Of a stretch of 64,000 nt of DNA, positions 38,982-49,565 are shown piece by piece. The stretch is from a virus (lineage: Duplodnaviria > Caudoviricetes), in IMG/VR virus record IMGVR_UViG_3300029305_004678, positions 64,001 to 128,000 of that record, one strand, 5' to 3'. The number at the start of each line of letters is the position of its first letter. The stretch's first letter is position 1. Both the position numbers and the translations under genes were made by a program. The notes beneath the pieces were generated by a model that worked only from the letters and a program-made list of their open reading frames with translations, was not told where the DNA came from and ran no database searches.

Positions 38982-41036
38982 TTATATCAATATCAAATTA
39001 TCGAAAATGCCATAAGATTCATTTTTTCTCGTTTGATTAAATATATTATCATTTCTTTCTAGAATACGCCTGTATTCTTTTATATATTCGATCTCTTCTT
39101 TAGCATATTTCTGAATGGCATATTGAATAGATTTATTAGATTTTTCTACTTCACGTTGAATTTCTTCTGGGGTATTACATGTAGTCGTTCTAATTGTTGC
39201 TCTGTCTCCATCCATTTGAATGGTAGTCACTTCAACTGGTTTTTCGATCTTTTTATCAGAATTTACTCCAAAAGTATTCTTAATCAATTCGGCTATTTTT
39301 AAAGCTAACTTTTTAAAGAATTCTATAATTCTTTTCCAAATTTCTGCAACAATTTGAGAAGCTTTATTAAAAAATTCTTTGAGCTTATCCCATACAATAC
39401 CTTCATTCATAGGATAAATGTTGCATAGTAAATCATATTCTTCATAAAGTTCATTTAAGCTATAGAATCTATATGGAGAATTAGTCTTATACAGATATTC
39501 ATCTATATAGTTTTCTAAAGCAACAAGATCATCAATGCTATCTCCAAAATACTCTTTAAGGACAGATTGAGATCCATATGTAACTTTAAAATTTTTATCT
39601 TGTGTAAGATCTTTCGGAAGTGTCCATCCTCCAGGATTACAAGATCCTATAAATACATTCTTAAACCCTTCTTCTTTTAAAGCTCTAACAATATCTACAG
39701 CTTTAACTAAATTCGATTTGGTTAAAGTAGATATAGGCTCCATAGTCCAATTAGAAGCTGCGCCATCTTTCATCGCTTTCTTGGGATCTTTTCTAGAACC
39801 AATAACATTATATATTTTATCACATTCTACAAGCCTTTTCTTAAATTCATTTCTACCATATTCTGTAAGTTTATATTTATTATAAATTTCTACCAATAAT
39901 TCTCGTGCTCTTGTCTTTAATTCGTGTAATTTATAATCTTCCATTGAATTTGCATTTTTTAAAGAATTACAAACACTAATTAATTCTTTTGTATATGGTA
40001 AGTCCGCAGATCCTGGAATTTTATTAGATAGCTCTTTTAAGAAATTTAATACATAAGTACTAAATTTTTCTATGAGCTCTATATCATATTTTATGCTTCT
40101 AGCAGTATATGATGCATTATCAGAAGGCTCTCCATATGCATCTTTAGAAGTTGATCCATGAGCATTGACAATAGCATCGTATTTAAAAATAAGACTTAAA
40201 TTCTTAGATGGATGCTCGCAAAACTGTATATCATCATTTTCTGATAAGAATAAAACTGCTCCGCCAATTGGACGAAAATCATAATTGTTACCAGATTTAA
40301 ACTTTTGTAAAAGCTTAGGATCTCGTAAGAAATCTCTTATCTTTGCAGTAGCCTCATGATTTTTATCGTCATCATCCAAATCATTTATCAGAGACTCTGC
40401 TTCAGCTTTTGATAGATCAAATAGAGCATAATTCTGTTTGAGCATAGCTGTCAAGGAATCAGTTAGACATCTATTATTTGCTATTCTAGCATTGAGACAA
40501 TCTCTTATTCCTTGTTCATTTAAGGATTCTGGGAAATACTCCTGTGTGACAACTCTAGCAGCATCTTCTTCACTCATATTATACTTTTCAATTAGATCCA
40601 TATATCTACTATATAATGCGCTATGAAGAGAAATATTAAATTGCATCTGAAATTTATTTCTAATCTTATCATTATCATGCTCATATTCAATAGATTTTAC
40701 AAATCTTCCGAATCTTTTTATGTCATTACTATATACAGATGCCATATATTCATTAAAATCTTTTACAAGATCTTGGCTATGAGTTAAAGCTTCAAGTTTT
40801 GTTTTATTAAATAATTCTGGATTGGTTTTTGCAAGAGATTCAAACATATTTCCACTAGCATATGCATTATGTTTATTTCTTCCATCGCGATTTTTAAAAT
40901 ATTTCTTATTATATTCTTCCTTATCAGTTCTGCTGACAGGAGTAGTATCTTTAGGTGAGTGGCTAGCCCTATTACCAGCTCTATAGTCTATATTTCTAAA
41001 TCTTTCGACATCTTCTCGAATTGTATAAATTGGCAT
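38982..41036 (-). CDS. Putative internal virion protein with C-terminal ESYGIF tag
   Basis: Late promoter at 41062-41074; MNEGIVWDKLKEFF..IWKRIIEFFKK amphipathic segment; ends NESYGIFDNLILI. Confidence 0.7.
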   Translation of the reverse strand: MPIYTIREDVERFRNIDYRAGNRASHSPKDTTPVSRTDKEEYNKKYFKNRDGRNKHNAYASGNMFESLAKTNPELFNKTKLEALTHSQDLVKDFNEYMASVYSNDIKRFGRFVKSIEYEHDNDKIRNKFQMQFNISLHSALYSRYMDLIEKYNMSEEDAARVVTQEYFPESLNEQGIRDCLNARIANNRCLTDSLTAMLKQNYALFDLSKAEAESLINDLDDDDKNHEATAKIRDFLRDPKLLQKFKSGNNYDFRPIGGAVLFLSENDDIQFCEHPSKNLSLIFKYDAIVNAHGSTSKDAYGEPSDNASYTARSIKYDIELIEKFSTYVLNFLKELSNKIPGSADLPYTKELISVCNSLKNANSMEDYKLHELKTRARELLVEIYNKYKLTEYGRNEFKKRLVECDKIYNVIGSRKDPKKAMKDGAASNWTMEPISTLTKSNLVKAVDIVRALKEEGFKNVFIGSCNPGGWTLPKDLTQDKNFKVTYGSQSVLKEYFGDSIDDLVALENYIDEYLYKTNSPYRFYSLNELYEEYDLLCNIYPMNEGIVWDKLKEFFNKASQIVAEIWKRIIEFFKKLALKIAELIKNTFGVNSDKKIEKPVEVTTIQMDGDRATIRTTTCNTPEEIQREVEKSNKSIQYAIQKYAKEEIEYIKEYRRILERNDNIFNQTRKNESYGIFDNLILI

Positions 41037-41140
41037 TAATTTATACCTCCAATCTTTTATCTTAATACTATGTTTTTTTTTGCAAGTAGTGTATAAGAAA
41101 GCAAAGGCTAGAAGACTTAACCTTCTAGCCTTTATATAAT

Positions 41141-41947
41141 TTAAGAATGTCTCTCAATCTTTCTTCTATTCTTTTCATACTTATCTACAAGTTTTTCCCT
41201 AGTAATAACTAATTTCTGAACAAAGTCATCTCTAGTCATATAAGGGGTTAGTCTAAATACAGTCATACCCATAATATTCCAAAGAACACGGATAGGATCA
41301 TCAAATTGTCTGATAATTAAACGACCGATCCACTCAAGAGGATTATCTGCAGGAATAGATCTTGCTGCTTCAATAAGTTTATCTGTAACCTTAATAGCCT
41401 CTTCCATCAACTGCACTCTAGTATCAGGATTCTTATCCTCTTTATACTTTTTCTGAAGCTCTTTAAGCTTAGCATAATCTTCAGATTTGATAATCTTTCG
41501 CTTGCTAGCGAAAGACGCTTCATTTATAAACCATACTTCTTCGAAAATGCCATAAGATTCATTATACTTGTCAGGATGACGACGTATATGCTTAATTATA
41601 CCATTTTTTGCATCAAACTCGTTTGCATTTAACCTAGCAACATCATCCATACTATCTCCTGCTTGTTTTTTAATCTTAGAATATTCTGGGTTATCTTTAG
41701 AACTCATAACCTTTACAAATTTATCCATATTTTGATGAAATTGACCAATACGTCTATCATTTTCTTTTTTAAATATTTCATTAGCCTTATCTCTAATCTT
41801 TTTATCATCTTCTGTACTATATTTTTCACGATTTAGAGATCTTCTTTGCTCTCTATCATCACTTGTTTTCTTATTAGCTTTAGTCTCTTTTTCTTTATTC
41901 TTCTTATAATCTTCGAGCTGTTGACCCTCAGTAATAGAATAAATCAT
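41141..41947 (-). CDS. Putative internal virion protein, two modules joined at an ESYGIF tag
   Basis: Start MIYSITEGQQLEDYKK at 41947; internal NESYGIFEEVWFINE. Confidence 0.65.
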   Translation of the reverse strand: MIYSITEGQQLEDYKKNKEKETKANKKTSDDREQRRSLNREKYSTEDDKKIRDKANEIFKKENDRRIGQFHQNMDKFVKVMSSKDNPEYSKIKKQAGDSMDDVARLNANEFDAKNGIIKHIRRHPDKYNESYGIFEEVWFINEASFASKRKIIKSEDYAKLKELQKKYKEDKNPDTRVQLMEEAIKVTDKLIEAARSIPADNPLEWIGRLIIRQFDDPIRVLWNIMGMTVFRLTPYMTRDDFVQKLVITREKLVDKYEKNRRKIERHS

Positions 41948-42080
41948 TTTATTATATTCTCCTTTCAAGAGTTCTTTATTATTTCGTTTTTTTTTTGTGA
42001 GTAAAGTGGTCAAAAAGTGATGTTTTAGATGGACAAATAAAAAAATAAAGGTTAGCTCATGAGCTAACCTTTATTTTAGT

Positions 42081-43064
42081 TTAAACCCTATTAGGAATAA
42101 GGGAATATACAACTCCGATAATACTTCCGGTTGTTGTTCCACCATTTCCTCTATCAGGAATAGGACAACCATGAGCAATCTCAAGCTGAATTAGGAGTTC
42201 ATTAGTACGCTTTAACTCTATAATGTTATACTCAAAACCATCTTCCTCGATTTCAGTGCCTACACTTTTAGTAGAAAATCCGAAATCTTCAGCAGCCTTA
42301 ACTACAACAGCATCTATCTGAGATATAAATACTTCAAGAATTTCATGTTTCTCAAAAGATGGTGTAGTCAATTCGATTCTGGGACTGATTATGCGAATCG
42401 GTTTAGTCGATTTATCATCGACCTCAATTCCATTAATCCAAAGATCTTTGGAAAGCATAATACCACTTCTAAGCTTATGTTTATTAGGTGTATTCATTTT
42501 TCGAGTTTTAAGGATGATGTCTTTTTCAAAGTATGATACTAGATGGTCTATGAAATCAAACATACCTTTCTCAAGATAATTCTTGAATGATTCTTCACTA
42601 ATCTTAGCTACATATTTCTTTGGATAATACTCTTCATAAAGATCTACTAGGAAACCTTTAAGAAGACTGACATCATATCCTGCGGTAGCATACACTCTCA
42701 TCAAATCTCCGAAAACAACAGGAATCTCTTTTAAATCAATATCGAATTGAAGGCCTTCTTCTTCATCTACAATTACATTGTTTTGAACTATGAGCACTAT
42801 TGCCTGTCCAAGTAGAGATTCTTGTTTTATAATGTCTAGAATCTTCGAGTTTCTCCACTCAATCCCGTGCAAGTACATTTTAAGTGAATTTATAATAGAT
42901 GATACTTTATCATTTATATTATCGAATGGCTTCAGCATACGATATTTGTTGAAATAAAATTGGTCTCGTTCAGATAAAGATAGTATGCTATTATAGGATT
43001 CGGTATAGTCATATACTGATCCTCTTAGCACTTCGGATCCAATTCTTTCATTTCTTATATCCAT
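42081..43064 (-). CDS. Hypothetical protein
   Basis: 327-aa ORF with AAGGAG RBS and downstream terminator. Confidence 0.7.
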   Translation of the reverse strand: MDIRNERIGSEVLRGSVYDYTESYNSILSLSERDQFYFNKYRMLKPFDNINDKVSSIINSLKMYLHGIEWRNSKILDIIKQESLLGQAIVLIVQNNVIVDEEEGLQFDIDLKEIPVVFGDLMRVYATAGYDVSLLKGFLVDLYEEYYPKKYVAKISEESFKNYLEKGMFDFIDHLVSYFEKDIILKTRKMNTPNKHKLRSGIMLSKDLWINGIEVDDKSTKPIRIISPRIELTTPSFEKHEILEVFISQIDAVVVKAAEDFGFSTKSVGTEIEEDGFEYNIIELKRTNELLIQLEIAHGCPIPDRGNGGTTTGSIIGVVYSLIPNRV

Positions 43065-43079
43065 TTTCTTATTTACTCC

Positions 43080-43442
43080 TTATAAATCCAGGTCTATATC
43101 GAAAAGACGTTTTACATTTTGAGCTACTATAGCTCTTACATTATCTACACCTTCAAAGGATATATATTCATAATGATTACCATTTATATTTATAGGATTT
43201 CCATCTTCATGGTAGTATCCTATGAAACATCCATTAAATTCGTCATCATGAAATCCTATCATAAGATTTTTATTGGGGGCGTACTCATAACAAATGCAAA
43301 TAAAATTATTTCTATTGAAATAGAATGCCGCCTCAAGTTTATCAATGTTTCTCATAATAAATTCATAACTGAAAATTCTAGAGAAAATGGCTAAACTTCT
43401 AATATTTTCGTGAATAATTTTATCATGAAATAATGTAGCCAA
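43080..43442 (-). CDS. Small hypothetical protein (paralog family)
   Basis: FSYEFIMRNIDKL; AGGAGG RBS, TTG start. Confidence 0.65.
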   Translation of the reverse strand: MATLFHDKIIHENIRSLAIFSRIFSYEFIMRNIDKLEAAFYFNRNNFICICYEYAPNKNLMIGFHDDEFNGCFIGYYHEDGNPININGNHYEYISFEGVDNVRAIVAQNVKRLFDIDLDL

Positions 43443-43456
43443 AACAAAACCTCCTA

Positions 43457-43780
43457 TTAAATATCGAGTTCTACTTCGAATCCAAAGATATATTTTATAC
43501 TTTCCATCATTTCTTTCTTTGGAGTGTCTACTTTATACTCTTGAGTATAATAACCAAAGCATTCGCCTCTAGCTAATCCCCATACCTTTACAGCTCCATT
43601 TCCAGAAAAGCAGAATTCTACGCACTGATTGTACTTCGTATCCGTATAGATAAGATGAATATGATACATCTTATCTGTGATGACATTGATCTGGCTTTCA
43701 TACTTTTTCAAAAATTCTTTTGAGAAAATTTTAATAAAGTCTACTAAGCAATTCGGTTTTAATGTTGTTACTTTAACCAT
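43457..43780 (-). CDS. Small hypothetical protein (paralog family)
   Basis: FSKEFLKKYESQI...FSGNGAV. Confidence 0.65.
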   Translation of the reverse strand: MVKVTTLKPNCLVDFIKIFSKEFLKKYESQINVITDKMYHIHLIYTDTKYNQCVEFCFSGNGAVKVWGLARGECFGYYTQEYKVDTPKKEMMESIKYIFGFEVELDI

Positions 43781-43799
43781 AATATCTATATCTCCTTTT

Positions 43800-44111
43800 T
43801 TAATTCATACCGAAGAAATTCTTATGAAGTAAGGTTATGAATAGATTAGGGTCTTTCTCAAATGTAGATATTTCGAACTGTTTTCTTGACATGAGTGTGC
43901 CATCTGCCAGAAGGCCGGTGAGTTCCAAGATCCCATTACCATTAAAGACAATAATAATATCTCTAATAGAACACATGGGATCACGGATATATTTTACGAT
44001 TATAGAGTATTTGGTTGGTTCGATTTTGATTTTATTAATGTGATCTTCAATAAATTCATGGCTAATAACTTTCATCATATCGATCACTGGCTCATTATTG
44101 ATACTAATCAT
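43800..44111 (-). CDS. Small hypothetical protein (paralog family)
   Basis: ISHEFIEDHINKI...FNGNGIL. Confidence 0.65.
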   Translation of the reverse strand: MISINNEPVIDMMKVISHEFIEDHINKIKIEPTKYSIIVKYIRDPMCSIRDIIIVFNGNGILELTGLLADGTLMSRKQFEISTFEKDPNLFITLLHKNFFGMN

Positions 44112-44249
44112 GTGGTTTCATTCTCCTTATGTATTTTTATTTTATTGTGACATGTATTATAACATCTCATATTTATACTATATAACTGTATCTGATATAA
44201 ATTTCATACAAATAAATTGGGAGAAGCCTAAAGCTTCTCCCAATAATAA

Positions 44250-45515
44250 TTATTCATCAGGCAGGAATGCCTTCATAGGATCCATCTCTGTAAAATTAAG
44301 CTGATCATCGTGGAACAGTTTCATAGATAGAACTTTAAGCTTAGAAGGAATCTGAGGGGTAGATGCACCAATATTTCTAATACCTAATCTATAAAATAGA
44401 TTACCAGCACATTTATTGCAGATACCATTCTTTGCTTCGCACATGGAAGAGAATCTAATCTTAATCTTCTTACCGATAAATTTATCTTTATTCTCGGAAG
44501 TAATTTCTATCAATTCTCCATTATCCATTATTACGTAGCAATACATAATTGAGCCTATATTCTTATCAGTAACATTAACTTCTATATATCGTTTTGTTCC
44601 GCAATCAGTATCAGGATCTAGTAGAACTACATGCTGAAATGCAACGAGCAGGAGCTTCTCCCAGTATCCACCTAATTCTGTCTTTTTAGAACGAGAGTAG
44701 GGTCCAGCTGCAAGAGTATTTGCTAACTTGGAATATTCTTCTTTAGAAACTCCATCGATATAATTAGAAGTAATAATATTATAACTCTTTCTAGGATCCG
44801 GATCTTGTACAGAACCTCTCATGATAAACATATTCTTGAAGTTATTTTCAAAAGATCCACCAGCACCAGAGAGGAACATGTCCATAGCAGGATCATCTTT
44901 CATCAACTCTCTAGCATATTCGAGAAGTTCTTTACTAATCTTATCAACTACGATGACATCTCCAGCATCAATAGCAGCTTTATTCTCTTTAATAAGTTCT
45001 TCTTTTCTCTTATTTATACGCTTAGTGATAGTAAGCATATTATCAGAGTGGTTAGGTGCGAGAATACTTACATAAGGCATAAACTTCTGACTCTTTTTAC
45101 AGAAAGTTTTATAGCATTCAATACTTATCTTATCTTCTAGAACAGCATAACCGAGTTTATCGAACAATCTACCATATGCTTTCTTACTAATATTTTCATC
45201 TACATATCCAATGAATCCAAGAAGTTCAGGGTCACTCTCAATAAAGAATTTATTGAATATAAGGCGACCTATAGTAGTTGTAAAAGGTTGCTTGTTCTTC
45301 TTCTCATTTCCATTAGAAAGAAGTCCACCATAACCACCAATTGGTACAGTGATAATATCATATGGATTAAACCACTGGTGCTTGTTAAAGTCGCCAAATA
45401 GCTCCATAATTAAACTAGTAGTAATATCTTCTTCTTTTAATTTAACAATATATTCAATATCCTTAGGATCTGTAATCTGTTTAGAAACTCTTTTCTTTAC
45501 AGAAGTAGTAGCCAT
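44250..45515 (-). CDS. RNA polymerase beta' C-terminal subunit (phiKZ gp80-like split)
   Basis: TTIGRLIFN, SNYIDG, bridge helix KTELGGYWEKLL, DCGT, IRFSSMC...ICNKCAG Zn site, trigger-loop LSMKLFH. Confidence 0.88.
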   Translation of the reverse strand: MATTSVKKRVSKQITDPKDIEYIVKLKEEDITTSLIMELFGDFNKHQWFNPYDIITVPIGGYGGLLSNGNEKKNKQPFTTTIGRLIFNKFFIESDPELLGFIGYVDENISKKAYGRLFDKLGYAVLEDKISIECYKTFCKKSQKFMPYVSILAPNHSDNMLTITKRINKRKEELIKENKAAIDAGDVIVVDKISKELLEYARELMKDDPAMDMFLSGAGGSFENNFKNMFIMRGSVQDPDPRKSYNIITSNYIDGVSKEEYSKLANTLAAGPYSRSKKTELGGYWEKLLLVAFQHVVLLDPDTDCGTKRYIEVNVTDKNIGSIMYCYVIMDNGELIEITSENKDKFIGKKIKIRFSSMCEAKNGICNKCAGNLFYRLGIRNIGASTPQIPSKLKVLSMKLFHDDQLNFTEMDPMKAFLPDE

Positions 45516-45615
45516 ATCAGATAAAATCCCCTTTCAAGTAAATTTAATTACTTATAAGTTCAAACTCTTAAAAATATGTAAAAAATAAAAGGGAGGCTTT
45601 ATAGCCTCCCTTTAC

Positions 45616-47796
45616 TTATGCTGGTATAAGTAACCCTATCCGTTTAAACACATTATTAAGCTTATCTATCTCATCAACTGAAAGAATGTTTTCTAATATA
45701 AGAATATTAGCACAAACATCACCAACATAATTAAATTTATGAAGAAGTAATTTAGATAGAATTTTTTCTTCATCTTCTCTAAATCCGATGCTTGTAAGTG
45801 GACTATAAAAAATATCATTGAATTCTTTCAATCCGTATATAATGACCTCAGCACAATAGTTAAACATCTGTACCGATATACTTTTAGTATTTCTATCATG
45901 TTCCAACAAATAATCTATAGAAATACCAGATTCAATCTTATTGATTAATTCCATACAATCGTTGAATTTAATGAATCTTAAGATCAATCTATCTAGATAT
46001 GCATCATCCGCTCCAGGGAGATGGTACTGACCTGTCGCATAGAGTATCTTTTCACATACAGAAACACTATCTGGAATTTTATAAGGCATTCTCGGAGTGA
46101 TGAAATCAATAAATAAACAATAATCTTTAATAAGAATTTTATTAGCGACTTTGATCTTGTCATAATTCAAATCATCAAGATCATCAATTGTCCATCTGAT
46201 GATATCAAGCAGCTCCCTCAAATTATATATCTGATGTGGATTTATATACCTATTTATTGTACATAATCTGATTCCCCACATCAATATATTCTCTGGAAGG
46301 AGATTATTCTGATTTGTTCTCACATATTCTTTTGCTTGTTCAATAGATACGGTCAATAGTTTCATAAGAACAGGATTAGAGGATATTTCATAAACTGCAT
46401 CCTTCCATATACCGGAAGCACTATAGCCAGGAACCATGTGAGCAACTTCTTTAGAAGTTTTATGATCTCTATAAATGGCCAAAACTACTTTCTTTGCATA
46501 TTTCGTAGTTAAGCAATCAAGTACAAAATTCAAACCATCAATATTTATCTTATCAGAAGTAATATCACTACTTATTTTAGATACAAAATTAATAGGCCAA
46601 ATGTCTTTCTCATCTCTCATTTCATCTTTTGTATAATATAGGCATCCACCTTCCTCATTCTTTTTCATCTTATCAGATTTGTTCATGGTCCTACCTCCAG
46701 GAGATTTAGTATTCTTGAATAGTGGGGCATCTTTACGATATCTTGGGATATCAATACCATATCTCTTTGATACTTTAATTATTTCATCAGCATTGACATC
46801 TCCTATACCATTCATACTCAGTAGGCTTATTCTAGATAGTGACTTTAAGTCGCATATATTTTTAATTCCATTTTCTTTAAGCCTATTTATCACTCCAGAT
46901 TTAAGATCTCCCTTCAATCTATCTATAGAACTCGATTCTGTAATAGGACTAGAAAGTTTATGTTCTTCCTCCTTCTTTTTTATGGTAGGTCTAATACCAA
47001 GAGCCAGCGCTTTTGCAATTCTGGGTTCTCCTAATATCCTAAATATATTATCTATAGCATGTTGGATGTCTTTCTCATCGCATTTCATTTTTATAGAGAT
47101 TTCTCTATATGTCATATTTTCCTTATATTTCATTACAATAAGATCAAGTTCATCACCATATACACCCATATTAGATAATACATACTCAATATTCTCTTCG
47201 AAGTTTCTAGGAAGATCTTTAATATCTTCATTCCTATTAACAGAGTATAGCCTTCTATATACATTGCTCGGATAACTGTCTTTAATAAGTCTATACATCG
47301 TATCAACTAGATTAAACTCGATAAGAGCATCTTGAGCAGCATAAGCATATTTCTTAGGAATTGCATCAGCATAGTATAAATCAATTAGATCAGAAATCAT
47401 GGTATATTGATACTTTCTATCGAGAATAGTTATCAAATCTAATGGAATAGGAAGATAACTTATATGATACCTTGTGGTATTATACGAAATCTGATAGACT
47501 AGTTCTCCAATCTCATTTCCATAATATGCAACAGATTTTAAAAATCCATTGTTCTTTAACCTTTTCAAAGTGTTCTTAAGAATAAGAGTAAGTTCATCAA
47601 CATTAATACCATGCTTAGCAGCGATTTCTTCTAACTTGAGTTCCCCTCTGAAATAATCTACGATATAAGAATACACGGTTTTATTCACTATGAGGCCCTC
47701 TAATACTATACCAATTAAGTGCTCGTCTGCCTTAATATTTGTTATTGTCGGGTATATACATCTTATCATTCGCATTTGCCAATTTACTTGTTTCAT
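45616..47796 (-). CDS. Tandem sigma-region-4 HTH / RNAP alpha-CTD repeat protein (about 4 units)
   Basis: HTH KYKENMTYREISIKMKCDEKDIQHAIDNIFRIL; alpha-CTD SIDRL...VINRLKENGIKNICDL...LLSMNGIG; degenerate copies before and after. Confidence 0.75.
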   Translation of the reverse strand: MKQVNWQMRMIRCIYPTITNIKADEHLIGIVLEGLIVNKTVYSYIVDYFRGELKLEEIAAKHGINVDELTLILKNTLKRLKNNGFLKSVAYYGNEIGELVYQISYNTTRYHISYLPIPLDLITILDRKYQYTMISDLIDLYYADAIPKKYAYAAQDALIEFNLVDTMYRLIKDSYPSNVYRRLYSVNRNEDIKDLPRNFEENIEYVLSNMGVYGDELDLIVMKYKENMTYREISIKMKCDEKDIQHAIDNIFRILGEPRIAKALALGIRPTIKKKEEEHKLSSPITESSSIDRLKGDLKSGVINRLKENGIKNICDLKSLSRISLLSMNGIGDVNADEIIKVSKRYGIDIPRYRKDAPLFKNTKSPGGRTMNKSDKMKKNEEGGCLYYTKDEMRDEKDIWPINFVSKISSDITSDKINIDGLNFVLDCLTTKYAKKVVLAIYRDHKTSKEVAHMVPGYSASGIWKDAVYEISSNPVLMKLLTVSIEQAKEYVRTNQNNLLPENILMWGIRLCTINRYINPHQIYNLRELLDIIRWTIDDLDDLNYDKIKVANKILIKDYCLFIDFITPRMPYKIPDSVSVCEKILYATGQYHLPGADDAYLDRLILRFIKFNDCMELINKIESGISIDYLLEHDRNTKSISVQMFNYCAEVIIYGLKEFNDIFYSPLTSIGFREDEEKILSKLLLHKFNYVGDVCANILILENILSVDEIDKLNNVFKRIGLLIPA

Positions 47797-47918
47797 AATT
47801 TCATTCTCCTTTTCATATATCTGGCTTGTGGTAACCAGATATTATTATCATTTTTATAATATCTTATTAAATTAATGAAAAATACAAAAAAAAAATAAGG
47901 AATGGCAAATACCATTCC

Positions 47919-48509
47919 TTATTCTTCTTTCTTTAAAGATAATCCATGTTCTGCAAGCTTTTCTTCAAGAAGAGATACAGTAGCTTCTCCCATACTTCTT
48001 GCTTTCATGATATCTTTTCTAGTAAATTGAAGGAGATCTCCAACAGTTTCAATATTCTTATCTATACCTATAAGCCATTTGGAAGTTTCTATAGAATTAT
48101 AGAATCTCATAGGCATATGTAAGAAACAGATATCCCATTCAATAACAGGACCATTTAGAAGTCGTTCTGTTTGATCTACTCCCCTAGTTAGAATATATCT
48201 TGATAATCTATTTTGATAAAGCTTTCTGAGAGATACAGATCTGATTATACTAACCTTCTGGGGTGCAACAGATGTCTTTTTAGCAATAGCATATCTATCA
48301 ATCTTATCTTTATAGAAGTAAAGCATAACTTCTTTCTCATCTTTATCTAGAGCGACATCCATAGCCTTTAACACTGTAGTCTCAAGATTTTCAGGTGTAG
48401 GTTGAGAAATACCAAAAAGATTAATGAAAAGATTCTTGGGCCATTTCCATGTACTTGTTGCAATTAATGTTTTTACTCCTTTAGAGCGTGTATCGCGATA
48501 TTCCTGCAT
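47919..48509 (-). CDS. Single-unit sigma4 HTH - alpha-CTD fusion protein
   Basis: LDKDEKEVMLYFY...IAKK...VSIIRSVSLRKL then IETVGDLLQFTRKDIMKARSMGEATVSLLEEKLAEHGLSL. Confidence 0.8.
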   Translation of the reverse strand: MQEYRDTRSKGVKTLIATSTWKWPKNLFINLFGISQPTPENLETTVLKAMDVALDKDEKEVMLYFYKDKIDRYAIAKKTSVAPQKVSIIRSVSLRKLYQNRLSRYILTRGVDQTERLLNGPVIEWDICFLHMPMRFYNSIETSKWLIGIDKNIETVGDLLQFTRKDIMKARSMGEATVSLLEEKLAEHGLSLKKEE

Positions 48510-48631
48510 GTTGCTTATTCTCCTTTTATGGTTTTATATTAATAATATATTTATTTTTCTTTTCATATTTATATTATATACCCAAATAAAGAAATACCGG
48601 GTGGACTATTGCCCACCCGGATTATTAAATA

Positions 48632-49510
48632 TCACATGTAAATATGATAGATAATTTCAATTCCTTTAGTCTGATCGATCAGAGCTTCATTGGGGAAGTG
48701 TAACTTAGTAAGAGGATGAATATCTTTGTAGTAAACACGTTCAACATCTTGACCTTCAATATTCTTTTCGGTCACAACTACAGGATATCCATAGCACAGA
48801 GACAGAGAATTGATTCGAGATGTATCTACACCAGTAGTAGCATTAAAGAAATCTCTCATGTCTTCTTTTGTAATCTTAAGAGTAATCTCGATATATGTCT
48901 CAGCCTCTTCAGTCTTAACAGAGCTCCAGATATTACCATCTACAGGAGTTCCATCAATATACTGCTGAACGAGAGTAGGCTCATTATCGAATCTCTTAAA
49001 ATAATATGCAATATATTCGCCATTATTGATAAGAGTACGACCAAAATAAGATTCTCTCAATGCATCAGAGATATCATTAGTACCAACCTGATAACGGAAA
49101 GGAATCATATTCTCAGGAGTAATCCACTTAGTATAATCTACAGGATAAACCTGAGAATTTTCGGTGCCACAGCCATCTATGCCACAGCAGAACAATACAA
49201 CCTTAGGTTCTTCCTTAGTAGCTTTGGTACCATTTAAAGTTTCCTGATCATGAGAATCTACATCAGGAGTATACATAGAATTGCCAAAGATAGTATTATA
49301 ACTAGGAGAAACTTCAGGGTTGGAGATATCAAAGAGCTTTCTAGCAACTAAACCAGAACCGGAAATAATTACCTTATTTTTCAGGCCCTTAAAAATAATC
49401 TCACCAGTTTCGAGATTCTTAATATCAATAGAAGTATTAAACGCATGGCCAGACATACTGATATTGTCATCAGTATTCATACCATCGAATATAGCCATCA
49501 GCTTATTCAT
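48632..49510 (-). CDS. Putative baseplate/tail structural protein
   Basis: NKVIISG...LFCCGIDG...IPFRY...YYFKRF...TKLHFPNE; late promoter at 49551-49563. Confidence 0.6.
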   Translation of the reverse strand: MNKLMAIFDGMNTDDNISMSGHAFNTSIDIKNLETGEIIFKGLKNKVIISGSGLVARKLFDISNPEVSPSYNTIFGNSMYTPDVDSHDQETLNGTKATKEEPKVVLFCCGIDGCGTENSQVYPVDYTKWITPENMIPFRYQVGTNDISDALRESYFGRTLINNGEYIAYYFKRFDNEPTLVQQYIDGTPVDGNIWSSVKTEEAETYIEITLKITKEDMRDFFNATTGVDTSRINSLSLCYGYPVVVTEKNIEGQDVERVYYKDIHPLTKLHFPNEALIDQTKGIEIIYHIYM

Positions 49511-49565
49511 AGTATCAGAGCGCCTCCTTATAGTAATTAACTATAGTAATTTAATAATATGTTTA

